Assembly (NCBI RefSeq): GCF_001194135.2
Contig: NC_068981.1
Span: forward strand, 28,376,286 to 28,440,285
Origin: Octopus bimaculoides
Taxonomy: Eukaryota
Length of the DNA stretch: 64,000 nucleotides
Direction: 5' to 3'
Under the pieces are notes generated by a model. It did not search any database and was not told the origin of the DNA. It worked only from the letters and a program-made list of their open reading frames with translations. The position numbers and the translations under genes were made by a program. Positions 14,843 to 27,629 of the stretch are shown here, in pieces. Every line of letters begins with the position of its first letter. The first letter of the stretch is position 1.

Positions 14843-15293
14843 AGTGAGAGAGAAGTGCATGCCATCAAAGTGACACTGAGGTAAAATATACGAAGCCCAG
14901 TATACCCATCATGACTACCTGGCTGATAAGGGTACACCAGGTACATGCATCACAACAACATGAGCGCGACATGTTGATCTTATATCAAGATTAACAGCAC
15001 ATGACCTTGCAAGCGGGGCCGACATGGAATTTTCTTCAGGTCGAGTAGCCCATCCTACTCAAAAGGTCCCTGAATAAGGGTTGTTTAAGGATGTTGAACA
15101 AAACACCTATGTATCCAAATGAGAATTATCCAAACCCCAAAGAAATTCCTCTCAACACATGGCTATGATGCTTCCCCACTACTTCTGCTCATGATCAGAG
15201 ATGCTCATATCGTCAGCCACCAAGGGACATGCTCAATTGGGTAAGGTCAAACAACTGACAAGCAAATTTGCGGTATTATGCAGAATATTTGCA
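14843..15293 (-). mobile_element. Interspersed retroelement fragment (family E) with an (AAT)n tail
   Basis: This is an approximately 450-bp non-coding block of higher GC that abuts the (TTA)n tract at 14775-14841, which reads as an (AAT)n 3' tail on the minus strand. Only one copy is in the window, so the call rests on architecture. Confidence 0.5.
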
Positions 15294-15322
15294 CAATATT
15301 TGCTATTATTATTATTATTGTT

Positions 15323-15401
<79 letters not shown>

Positions 15402-15404
15402 TCT

Positions 15405-15620
15405 AAGGCAGCGAGCTGGCACTGGCAGAATCGCTAGTGCACTCGACAAAATGCTTAGCTGTATTTTGCGGGTCGCTACGTTTTGTGTTCAAATTCCGAC
15501 TTTGCCTTTCATCCTTTCAGGGTCGATAAATTAAGTACCAGTTACGCAATGGGGTCGACGTAATCGACTATCCTCCTCCCCCAAAATTCCAAGGCCTTAT
15601 GCCTTCAGTAGAAAGGATTA
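15405..15620 (+). mobile_element. SINE family B
   Basis: aaggcagcgagctggc...gttcaaattccgactttgcctttcatcctttcagggtcgataaattaagtaccagtt...ggggtcgacgtaatcgact covers head to tail. Confidence 0.85.
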
Positions 15621-15715
15621 TTGCTATTATTATAACCATTATTTTAATATCTCATTGTCCTTCTAATTTCTTCTCATTCTCTATCACATCCTTCTTCGTT
15701 TCTCTGTCTCCCTCC

Positions 15716-15805
<90 letters not shown>

Positions 15806-16194
15806 GTCTCTGTCTCTTGCACAGTTTTCTTTTCTTTCTCATTCTTTGTAGCTTCTTCCCATCCTTCATGGATTTCGCCTCTCTACCACCACCACCACAA
15901 CAACAACAACAACAACACCAACAGCAACCACTTCAACTACTGCTGCTGCTTTGTAGACTTTCAGTGTAGTAATCTCTTCGATTTCATTTATCTTACCACC
16001 ACCCCTACCTCTTGCGATATCTTCCTAATCTTTGCCAAACCCACCCGATTCATCTAACTTAAGCATTGCCGCCTGTTTTCAATGCTGTATTAAAGCTCAG
16101 CGTGTCAATAAGCAGAGGATTATCGTTGGAATGAACAACCCGGATCAAGGTACTTTGATCCCGTTATTGTCTTTATGGTTGTGATTGCTATTGT

Positions 16195-16447
16195 CTATGA
16201 TGATGATGATGATGATGATAATGGTGGTGGTGGTGGTGGTGGTGGTGGCGATGATGATGATGGTGGTGGTGGTGGTGGTGATGTTGATGATTGTGGTGGT
16301 GGTGATGGGAGGGGGTGATGATGATGAAGACAACGACGACGACGATGATGACGTCGATGACGACGATGATGACACCCGTTGTTGTGGTGGTAACAGCAAT
16401 GCTGTTGCAGCTGCTGATGTTGATGATATTGATGGTGATGAGGAAGG

Positions 16448-16483
<36 letters not shown>

Positions 16484-16571
16484 CGATGATGACGATGACG
16501 ATGATGATGATGATGATGATGATGGGGAAAACAAGGAGGAATTGGAGGTGATGGTAATAGTAATAATGAAT

Positions 16572-16622
<51 letters not shown>

Positions 16623-16630
16623 ATGATGGC
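16195..16630. repeat. Compound trinucleotide tract (GAT/GGT/GAC/GCT)
   Basis: Directly visible in the sequence; both strands give only homopolymer peptides. Confidence 0.95.
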
Positions 16631-17399
16631 GACTTGGTCGTGACACTCCGATCAGATCCCGATCGGGATCCATCACGCACAGCCAGACACACTCCGTATG
16701 TGGTCAGAGTTTTTCGCGGCGTTGATTAATGAGGTGTTAGTGCGGGTTTCTCTTATATGGGGCTTTCTCTTCCCCTCATTCTTCTCACTGCCTTCTACTT
16801 CTCACACTTATCCCCCAGCTCCCATTCACTCACTCTCTCTCTCTTCCCCTTTCTTTCATTCTCCCTTCTCCTCTTCCTTTCTCCCGCTGCTATCGTTTCA
16901 TTTCCGTCTATACCGTTAACCCTCGCCCAAGGATCTAATCGAGAGTAAAAACATCCATCTTTGCTTAATTATATGCCCACACAAGCACTCTTCGTTCGTC
17001 TATTGCAGTCTCTTCCAATTGTGGTTAATATCATTATCTATTTATTTATTTATTTATTTACTTATTTATTATTGCTCAACCGACTGAGCTTTACGACTGT
17101 CTCCTTCATCCTTTGCCCTGATGGCAAATAAAAGAACTCATCATCATCATCATCATCATCATCATCTTCGTCATCATCATCATCATCATAGACAATAGCA
17201 ATCACAACCATATATCGTGGAGTACATCAGCGAATGTAATATTTGCTAAATATACTCCATTTTGATTGGTAGGTAAGGGTAGATTTATCTGTTCTGTCTC
17301 ACCGATTGGGTGACTGTATAGGACTCTCTATTCTTGATTTTGTGGTGTTCTTTAGGCGGTAGTGCCAATGACGTTTTTCGCGAAGTTGTGGTGCTTCGT

Positions 17400-17585
17400 G
17401 TGGTTTGAACCAGATCATACCTGACTGATCGAAAATATAATCAAGGCTATTCCAAACATAATCAGCCAATCTTTTATTCAGTAAACATTAACCCAAGGTC
17501 ATAATATTTAATATTTTTCGCATTTTAAGGATGAAACCTGTGTCGAACATTTAGCTACTGTTTCTACCAAGCCGAACCACCAGAT
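17400..17585. repeat. Interspersed repeat family F (also at about 2940-3000, 18590-18650, 57085-57250 and 57490-57610)
   Basis: The degenerate motif gctagaaatagca..cc(t)aaat and its reverse complement (tttagctactgtttcta, tttggctgtttttcc) recur at these positions. Confidence 0.5.
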
Positions 17586-17599
17586 ACAGGCTTCTTCGT

Positions 17600-17600
17600 T

Positions 17601-17661
<61 letters not shown>

Positions 17662-17985
17662 GGTGGTGGTGGTGGTAGTGGTAGTGGTGGTGGTGGTGGC
17701 GGTGGTAGTAGTAGTTGTAGTAGTAGTAGTAGTAGTTGTAGTAGTAGTAGAAGTAGTAGCAGCAGCAGTAGNNNNNNNNNNNNNNNNNNNNNNNNNNNNN
17801 NNNNNNNNNNNNNNNNNNNNNNNNNNNNNNNNNNNNNNNNNNNNNNNNNNNNNNNNNNNNNNNNNNNNNNNNNNNNNNNNNNNNNNNNNNNNNNNNNNNN
17901 NNNNNNNNNNNNNNNNNNNNNNNNNNNNNNNNNNNNNNNNNNNNNNNNNGTGGTGGTGGTGGTGGTGGTGGTGGTGGTGGTGGTG
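17600..17985. repeat. (GTA)n/(GTG)n trinucleotide tract spanning a gap
   Basis: Directly visible in the sequence. Confidence 0.95.
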
Positions 17986-18855
17986 TTTGGTCGTTAGTGG
18001 CAAAACGACAGCGGCGTCGTCATAAGTAATCTCAAGATTTTAGAAATATAATTTATTCACGACACGTACGAAGGTGATGTTTGAGAGGGGCGGGGTTGAT
18101 TTGTTCACAACTTCCTGTCAAATAACGATCAGATCATTTACTATGGACCTTTCTCTCTCAATAACAATAAATATCATCGGAAGTCTTCTCTATCTTTGTT
18201 TTCTCTTTCATTTCTTTCTTTTTACTTTCTTTCATATTTTCATTTATACTTTCTTAGTCCTTTTTTGTTTTGTTTCATTTCGTTTCTCCCTCACTATCTC
18301 TAACCTTGTCTTTACCTCCATGTATATACAATTTAGTCTTTCTCCTACGTCTTATAACAAACACTTTCCACTGTCTTTAACAAACATTTATCTTACAAAC
18401 GCTCAAATACTTATATATCTTAACAAATACACGGAACATTACTTTGAACTTATTTTCATTCTCGGGAGAGTACTTCCACCTCCAGTCGACCTAAACACTC
18501 CCGGCAGTCCTGCTCTGGTTCAGTTCACCATAAATATCACTGCGCTAACACTTAATAGTCAAAACTAGTTTCACGTGTTAACGGGGGAGCTGCTTTACAC
18601 TTGTCCAGGTCGCTAGAAATAGCAAAAAAATTACTCTAAAAATCAGATGAAAATTAAATAGGCAAATGAAATAGAGGGTAATTTAAATGTGAACAGTTTA
18701 TATTCAGCTTGTATAGAAAATTCTCCCACTTTTAGCCGTTTATATTATCATTTAGTACCAGCCATTTTCGGAATTAAATGAGTTGATGCAGAACTAGGGT
18801 TGATCTTCATTGATCACAGTTTTTCTTCATTTTCTTTGGATTTTGATAAATTTGT

Positions 18856-18870
<15 letters not shown>

Positions 18871-18908
<38 letters not shown>

Positions 18909-19150
18909 AAATTGAGAATGTATGTCTGTGTGTGTGTGTCTGTGTGAATCCCTAAAACTCCAGAACTACACAACCAATTTCATTCAAATTTTGCACATGC
19001 CTTACTTAGGGTCCCGGTTGTGTTTTAGTAAAAAAAAAATGTTTACTTCTTGCATACTTCCAGCCCACTGCAACATCATATCTCCTCCACTATTTAAGTA
19101 TTACGTGTCAAAAGTGAAACAAAAACACTCATGTCATTCGAACAGGAATC
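18871..19150 (+). mobile_element. Helitron-like non-autonomous element, 5' portion
   Basis: It starts TCTATATATA...AAAATTGAGAATGTATGTCTGTGTGTG...CTAAAACTCC...ACCAATTTCATTCAAATTTTGCACA, the typical 5' architecture of invertebrate non-autonomous Helitrons. No 3' hairpin plus CTAG end was found, and the right boundary is approximate. Confidence 0.55.
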
Positions 19151-20255
19151 TCAAAATCATTGTCACCTTACATCTCATTCTCATTTAAGTACCACGACAG
19201 GCAAATAAAAATTACTTGTATTCGTATATTTTCTTCATTTTACTCGTTCTATGTTAGTACAATGTTCTTTTTTCATTACTCTGTATCAATTCCTCATCTG
19301 TACGGTTTCACACTATACGAAATTGTACGTTCCTTCTTTCTTTTTCTCATTACCCCTTGCGAGTTTCAAATATTGCCTTCAAAAGTAAGTTGACTTCGGT
19401 GACTTTTTTTTAGCATCAGCTGAAATCACTGTCCAATCTCTAGAAAATTAAACCTCTCAAATGGGATTCTATTCCGAAACGAATACTATAAAACTTGCCA
19501 GAACTTTTCTCAGATTTCAAGAGAAATTTGTACGTAAGTAGGATCAGCATGGATTCGTACAAAGTCACCTCTACGCATAGAGATGTGCGCACGAGTATGC
19601 GTATGTGTATGCCTTATGTATATACGCATATATAAGTTTGTATATATGTATAAATCTCTCCCTCCTTATTTGTATGTATATATATATACGCGCATGTATA
19701 TATATACACACACACATGCATGCACACATATCTACACATGGATGCACATACGAGAATATATGATACACATATCTGTAGATGTGAGTGTCAGTACGCCAAC
19801 AATATATTTTTTTAACTAAATTATTTTGGTTATTTCCTTTTTTACACATTTACCGAGTGTTAAGAAACCCAATCTGTTTTGTTTTGTGTTTATTTATCAA
19901 AATTGAAATCCCATGAGACAACATTTTGATTTGACCGATCTCATTCATCCTGGGGTCGAGGATATCACTGTCAGTTTTGCTACACTGCTGGAACCGTTTG
20001 GTTGTATCTCCTTTCTCCATTATGGCGGTTGACATATGCTTGACGAAAACTTTGTTCCTTTAGAATGATAAATGGAGACCCTTTCTGTGTCTATTGGCAT
20101 AAGAGGTAGTAGTTGTAATAGGAGGAATAACGATAGATATCTCCGATTATGGAAAAGCATGTAGTAAATCCTTATATTTTTGAGTGAGTTACATAACTTG
20201 TCTTGAGATAAATTTATACTGCCTGATATATAGCTTGTTGTCAACGTGTGAGTGC

Positions 20256-20286
<31 letters not shown>

Positions 20287-20567
20287 TGTGTGTGTGTATG
20301 TGTGTGTCCTCTTGAAATAGAAGTCTGCCTAATTTTAACAATTTCCTCGGGACTTGTCGCTGGTTGCATGGACATATTACTTAAGTATCTGCTTAGTACG
20401 TAAGTTATATTCGTCTTGAAACAGCTGCCGCGATGAGAATTTACATAATTCGTTCTTGGTATCTTTTTCTGTATTTTGCTCCTAATTTAAATTCTAGAGC
20501 CTAACTGTGTTTATCTACTTTAGTGTCTCCCCACCTCACTCTCTCTCTATCTATCCATCTCTGCATA

Positions 20568-20627
<60 letters not shown>

Positions 20628-22254
20628 TGTGTATGTATATATATGTGTGTGTGTGTGTGTGTATGTGTGTGTGAGTGTGTGTGGATGGGTGTGTATAGAA
20701 TAATATACGTATGATTGTGTATACATATTGCGTATTTTTTTTTAAAAACTATTGCAATTTACGACTAAACTAAAGTGTGCCATTTAAGCAAAATATATAA
20801 TACTATATTTTAATTAAAGTAATTTTTAGATTCACGAAAAGTATTTTGAATATAAAACCATAATTGCTCCACTACCGTGCAACCAGGAAAGTAAATCAGA
20901 GTGGTTAGATTATGTTGTAATAATTGCATTATATCCGGATAAAAAACATGAAGGAATTGGTATGGAAGATTCGAACGCCTCTACCACAAAAAAAAAGAAG
21001 AAAAATGATAAGTGCTGAGCATGGTCTGAACTACCTCCGCCACCATTAAAAGAAAAACTGTATTAGGTAAGGATTTTAAAGCATTCAACAATAACTTTTA
21101 CAAAAATCATGAAAGATCAAGGAATGACAAGAAAATTGAACTAAATGCGACTATCTACAGCTGTCTTTATTCATAACGTTATGTTGCATACATTTCTTAT
21201 GATTTAGTAAAATGTTATAACATTTTATTGAACTACACGTCAAAATTTCATTTAGTGTTCAGTACAAAGTGGGTAGTAATATATCCTCTAGTGAAAAAAT
21301 GATTGATTTATTGACAAGGGTATTTCACACGAGCCATTGATGTCAGGTCATGGTGACTAAACTGAAAATGTGTCAACCATTGCTGGTATAGCTAGAAGAA
21401 GTCGTCGACCTCCGCTTCTAAAGCTGCAGTGTGTCATCTACAGTATAATGTGGTATGATATTTGTAATGGTGGTATTAATGATTATCGCAGAAACTTGGT
21501 GATACAGCAGCTGCTGAAAATTTGAATGATATCAACGTTAAATCTTCGTGTTCAAAATTTAATTAAAAATCTCTACAAAGTATGAATATCTACACCTTCC
21601 TACCTACCTACCTACCTACCTACCTACCTATTTAACTACTTACCCATCTATCTCTATGCCTATCTATCTCCCAACATATCTACCTACCTACCCATCCGCT
21701 TATCTGTTTAACTACCTATCTATCTGCCTATGTCTATTTATCTATTTATCTATTTATCTATCTACCAATCTACCTATCAACTTACCTAGATACCTGTCTG
21801 CATACACACATATAAGTTCATGAGTGGTTTAGTTTATTTCTACCATCATATCTCAAGACCCTACCGAAATATCATCTTCAGTATTGACAGCTACCTGTTT
21901 CGTATCACTTCTACTTTATATCCTCAGCTCCGACTAAAAGGCTCCCTAACCAGTTTATTGGATGAGAAAGACGTGTTGCCGTGGCCCAGGATTAGAAATA
22001 AGCCTGTCAAAGTGCAGAAGGTAGTTTATCAGCCTATTAGAACAAGCATTATTGTATACTTACGGTGGACTTTGGTAAAGGGTTTTGGATACATGTTCAG
22101 CTATGATTAGTATACCTAATTGGTAGATAATTGAACTAATGGCGGCTACCTTATCTACATGTAGATAATTGACATAGTGAACTAAGCAACAGAAACGTCT
22201 TAATATTCCTTTAAAGTTACCTTTTGTTACCGGTTAAGTAACTGAGGACCGTTA

Positions 22255-22413
22255 CAGTCGTGGCCAAAAGTTTGGAACATAGGTCTAAAGATTAGATTTT
22301 TTTTTATTAAATGCCCAAATATATAAATTATATATATATTTGAATTGAATTGTAGATGGGCATGACAAGTCTAATTTTTCTTTTTAATTGTTCCAAACTT
22401 TTGGCCACAACTG
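22255..22413. mobile_element. Tc1/mariner-type MITE (159 bp)
   Basis: The 25-bp TIRs are CAGTCGTGGCCAAAAGTTTGGAACA and TGTTCCAAACTTTTGGCCACAACTG (24/25 match). TA flanks both sides (22253-54, 22414-15). The interior is AT-rich and non-coding. Confidence 0.9.
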
Positions 22414-22556
22414 TAAATGCCAATAGAAATTTTTGCGATCAAAGTGTCAAGAAAGATATTTGAAATTTAAACAATATTTCACTCTTCTATAATTCGGTTT
22501 TGAAAAAGGTCTGCAAGAATTTTTCAAGCATATGTATATATCATATCATATTATTG

Positions 22557-22891
22557 TGAAGGCGCATGGCTCAGTGGTTAGAGCGTCGCGCTTACGATCA
22601 TAAGGTTGTGAGTTCGAATCCCTAACCGGGCTGCGTGTTGTGTTTTTGAGCAAGATACTTTATTTCATGTTGCTCCAGTTCACTCAGCTGTAGAAGTGAG
22701 TTGCGACGTCACAGGTGCCAGGCTGTATCGGCCTTTGCCTTTCCCTTGGATAACACCGGTGGCATGGAGAGGGGAGGACGGTATGCATGGGCGACTACTA
22801 GTCTTCCATAAAACAACCTTGCCAGGACTTGTACCTGGGAGGGTAACTTTCTAGGTGCAATCCCATGGTCAGTCATGACCGAAGGGGGTCT
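22557..22891 (+). mobile_element. tRNA-derived SINE, family D
   Basis: It has A-box TGGCTCAGTGG and B-box GTTCGAATCC, then gtgttgtgtttttgagcaagatactttatttcatgttgctccagttcactcagctg and an approximately 250-bp body. Confidence 0.8.
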
Positions 22892-23504
22892 CAGCATCAT
22901 ATTATATCATATTATATTATATTATATTATATTACATTATATTCTATGGAAACGATGACTTTTAAAACTAGTCACGTTGCATTCCAGATTTGTGATTCTC
23001 GCTGATGGGTTTTAAAAAGGAATAATATTTGTATGTGATATTTATACATGCGTATACGTGACATACATAAGTTCCAATGTTCCAGTGTGGAAACAAAGAT
23101 TCAACAAATCCCGGTAGCACAGAAATTTGGCAGGAATTACTTGTTTGATGCGCGTGTGCGCAATGTGTGTGTGTGTGTGAATATGCATAGGGAAGTTTTA
23201 TTTCAACGTTCTCTGGATGGTATGTATGGCGTAAGGTACTTAGACAGCATTAGACCAACCTCCTTTACGATAAGTGATTTCCAGGAAGCTAAACTCGACC
23301 TTGGGTATCTCATCGGGATATTTCTCACTATCGAGTCTGTAAATTACGGCATGTAGCTCATACGCTGCATAAATGCTAGGGCCAAGATAATAAAAAAAAA
23401 ATATTGCTTTCAACTTATATTTCCATGAACAGAAAGAAAAATAGGGAGAGAAAGCACGGAGGATGAATGAAAGAAAGTAATTGCAAACAATATGAATGAT
23501 GTGC

Positions 23505-23550
<46 letters not shown>

Positions 23551-23552
<2 letters not shown>

Positions 23553-23700
23553 GACGGGTTTCTTTCAGATTCCGTCTAGCAAATCCACTCATAAGGCTTT
23601 GACCGAGCCGAGGCTTGTCCAAGGCGCTACACAGTGAGACTGAACTCGGAACGATATGGGTGGGAAGGCAAACTTCCTACCGCACAGCTACGTCTGCGTC
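23551..23700 (-). mobile_element. SINE family A, 5' half
   Basis: acgacgggtttctttcagattccgtc...aaatccactcataaggcttt...gactgaactcggaac is the reverse complement of the A head. Confidence 0.8.
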
Positions 23701-24478
23701 TATGTACATCTGTTGTTCACAATGTATTGAGTGCTTTCTCCCTTCGACTACGCACAAAAATAACATACTTACTACCATACATACATACATACACATGCAT
23801 GTGTGTGTGTGTGTGTGTCTGTGTGTGTGTGTGTGTGTATGCATAAGAGTGTACCTGTTCGAAAGAAAGGAGGAAACTAAGAGGTTTATATGTTTCTATG
23901 TCATCGGCCTCATTAATCTTCCGCTGTTGTGATAAGTGATTCAAGTCGGTCATATGCTAGCCTCTAGAGGACGTGAGTTCCATCTCTACTCTCCTGCTTC
24001 CCCACTTAGACACATTTTTTTTTACTGCTTTGTATATTCATTTTTCCTTGTCTGTATATCTCTTCCTTCTCTTCCTCTTCCTCTCCCTCTCTCACTCTCC
24101 CTAGCACACCAATACTAAGATGCATGTATGTATGAGTGTATATATGAGCGTATTTGTGCGTGTCTTTCAGCCTTAATGTATGTGTCTTTTTTCCCCTGAA
24201 TGTGCGTGAGGTTGCGTGTGGTGAATAATTATCATAATCTCATACTCAATATTTCTCATCAACATCTTCATAAACATCGACTTCGTCAACATTGTTGTTG
24301 CTGTCGTTGCTGTTGTCATTCTTGTTAATACACCACGGACAGGTCAGATGACACATTAATAAAACTGTAAAGCAGGTAAGTCATCGGCAGAGGAGGGGAG
24401 AGGGCGAATTTGGAATATATCTAGTGTGGCTCTACTATATTTTAACAAAACACCTAAATTTCTAAGTAACAGATATCA

Positions 24479-24786
24479 GTATGCATATATATAGTAATAA
24501 CAATAATAATCCTTGGATTATCAGGCTATAGTAGAAGAGGCTTCCCCAAGAGCCACGCAGTGGAAATGAACACGGAACCATGTGGTTGGATGGTTGGGAA
24601 GCAACAAACTTCTTACCACACAGCCATTCCTGTACTTATATATGTATGCATATATATAGTAATAACAATAATAATCCTTGGATTATCAGGCTATAGTAGA
24701 AGAGGCTTCCCCAAGAGCCACGCAGTGGAAATGAACACGGAACCATGTGGTTGGATGGTTGGGAAGCAACAAACTTCTTACCACAC
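24479..24786 (-). repeat. 165-bp-period tandem duplication containing a SINE A head
   Basis: 24479-24621 is identical to 24644-24786, and the second copy runs into an N-gap. Confidence 0.85.
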
Positions 24787-25045
24787 NNNNNNNNNNNNNN
24801 NNNNNNNNNNNNNNNNNNNNNNNNNNNNNNNNNNNNNNNNNNNNNNNNNNNNNNNNNNNNNNNNNNNNNNNNNNNNNNNNNNNNNNNNNNNNNNNNNNNN
24901 NNNNNNNNNNNNNNNNNNNNNNNNNNNNNNNNNNNNNNNNNNNNNNNNNNNNNNNNNNNNNNNNNNNNNNNNNNNNNNNNNNNNNNNNNNNNNNNNNNNN
25001 NNNNNNNNNNNNNNNNNNNNNNNNNNNNNNNNATATATATATGTA

Positions 25046-25084
<39 letters not shown>

Positions 25085-25090
25085 AAGTTG

Positions 25091-25121
<31 letters not shown>

Positions 25122-25804
25122 ACAGGTACTAATTATATTCATGCAAGAAACAGCAAATTGTAAACTAAATCTCGATTGGATAAGAACGCTGCATACAGAA
25201 GGAACAATCTAAATAATTACTAGCTTTATCGGGTCACTGTATCCCACAACGCTCATGCACGTACCCGAACGCATTCGTGAGCACTGTTTTTAGCGATATG
25301 AAAGGAAAATATCCAATTTCTGAACAAAAATAAAATGAAAATTTTGACCCCGAATATGGGAGCTTTGCGTAAGCACGTCTTGCGAGGACAACAAGCAATA
25401 AGAGACAGTGATAAAGAGGAGAAGGAAGACAACAAAAGGAAATGATGATCATGATGTTGATAAGAATGATAATGACGATTTCTAACAGAAAACCGGTGTA
25501 ATATATAGGGAAGGGATACTGTCGATTAAAAAGGTCCCAGAACGTGTCTACTTTTTATATTTCTACTGCATAATAAACAACGAAGAGAATAGGGTAAGAT
25601 TTCAAATTGGAATAACAATGGACGTAAATAATGCCGTTCTTGCTACTTCTTTCGCCATACAAGACAAAACATCACATGGTATACCGTCATCTTGTATTTT
25701 ATCTTAATCAGCTTTACGAAATCTGCGTACCCAAATTACTGGATGGCATGTGAAACTATGGGAGAGAATTAACAACAAAACTCTAAATATAACTTCATGT
25801 TATG

Positions 25805-25852
<48 letters not shown>

Positions 25853-25858
25853 CATACA

Positions 25859-25890
<32 letters not shown>

Positions 25891-26567
25891 CATATAGTGA
25901 GAAAAGTGATCAACAATATCACAATTTTAGCACAAAGGAGTGATGACACCATCCAGGAATTTAAGGCAAAATCTCTTTCTCTATAAAATTCCTAAATACT
26001 GACTTGCCTGTTTCGAGAGACGTTTTAATAAATAAATGTTTCCACTACATGTATAGAGTACATTTTTCCAGTTTATTTTAAAATATGATTATGCAACAAT
26101 TATAAACACAAACATACATGCCTNNNNNNNNNNNNNNNNNNNNNNNNNNNNNNNNNNNNNNNNNNNNNNNNNNNNNNNNNNNNNNNNNNNNNNNNNNNNN
26201 NNNNNNNNNNNNNNNNNNNNNNNNNNNNNNNNNNNNNNNNNNNNNNNNNNNNNNNNNNNNNNNNNNNNNNNNNNNNNNNNNNNNNNNNNNNNNNNNNNNN
26301 NNNNNNNNNNNNNNNNNNNNNNNNNNNNNNNNNNNNNNNNNNNNNNNNNNNNNNNNNNNNNNNNNNNNNNNNNNNNNNNNNNNNNNNNNNNNNNNNNNNN
26401 NNNNNNNNNNNNNNNNNNNNNNNNNNNNNNNNNNNNNNNNNNNNNNNNNNNNNNNNNNNNNNNNNNNNNNNNNNNNNNNNNNNNNNNNNNNNNNNNNNNN
26501 NNNNNNNNNNNNNNNNNNNNNNNNNNNNNNNNNNNNNNNNNNNNNNNNNNNNNNNNNNNNNNNNNNN

Positions 26568-26636
<69 letters not shown>

Positions 26637-26689
26637 GAAACAGTATGTAGGCAGAGATGCTGTTACTGAGACATATATTGTCTGCGAAT

Positions 26690-26790
26690 AACCACAGGAG
26701 TTTGAGGGTCGGACAGAATGCCTTGCGGTATTTATTTCCATTCTATGTGCACGGAGTTCGAATCCCACCGAAGTGACCTTTTCCTTACAT
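26690..26790 (+). mobile_element. Family-B-related SINE fragment
   Basis: ggtcggacagaatgccttgcggtattt...gagttcgaatcccaccgaagtgaccttttccttacatcc resembles the B body and contains a B-box. Confidence 0.6.
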
Positions 26791-27565
26791 CCATTAAAAG
26801 TCGTTAAAAGAAATATCCCTATCGAGTACACAATGGATTTGTGAAACTGCAAGAAAGACGGACCAGGTATCATGGTAGTCTTTTATTTTGATTCTTTACG
26901 TTTCTGAGTTCAAAACGTAAACTGTATCTTGGTTTCACACCACTATCTGGTAACTTGGGTATCATAACAGAGACCAGTTGCGCCAAGCCTGTAGTCTGAG
27001 TAACATCCCTCTCAATATGCTGTAAAAGCTACTGACAGCAGCTTTCTTTCTTAACAAATAGATAAAAGAAAATAATAATTCTTAAACGCGTCCAAAAATA
27101 AGGACGTCGAACGCTTAGCTATAAGGTACCTCAGTAACACACTTCAGCTTCGCAGAACTTGTTGATTCATCGATTATTCCTCTTTCTTTTATGGCTATTG
27201 CAGTGATCCAGGTTCCTCGGAGCTGGCTGGCTTTGTACATTCAACTCACTTATTTCTAATTCTTTCGTCCTCAGCCACATTATATCCACTAAGCACCCAC
27301 CGTGCGATGTACTAAACAGTACAACCAGTCCCTACTTCGTAATGAATCAGTCTTCTGGAATTTTTCTCTCCCTGTCCCTGCTCTTCTTGCAACCGTCGGT
27401 CATCATATATCCACGAGGAACACTCACTGCATTCATCTCACATTTGTCGGAAGAGCCTGGGGAAGCCATATAGCCCGTTCCCCGTTGTAAAAGATTTGTT
27501 TGCGGGGGGGGGGATACGTAGGAGAAAGACAGAGTGAGGGGAGGGAAGAGGGGGAGCGAGAATGA

Positions 27566-27629
<64 letters not shown>

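Noticed and set aside
16145-16692. Poly-Q, poly-H and poly-A ORFs resembling a transcription-factor N-terminus
   Set aside because: This is a compound trinucleotide tract open in many frames, with no domain and no convincing splice sites.
20360-20410. LVAGCMDILLKYLLS followed by gtaagt, superficially like the LIM1 start (CAGC..PILDRFLL)
   Set aside because: It lacks the first Cys, the spacing is wrong, and there is no upstream acceptor or start context.
24342-24380. Possible 33-nt exon ending AAGCAG|gtaagt
   Set aside because: It has stop codons in all three phases and a weak pyrimidine tract.
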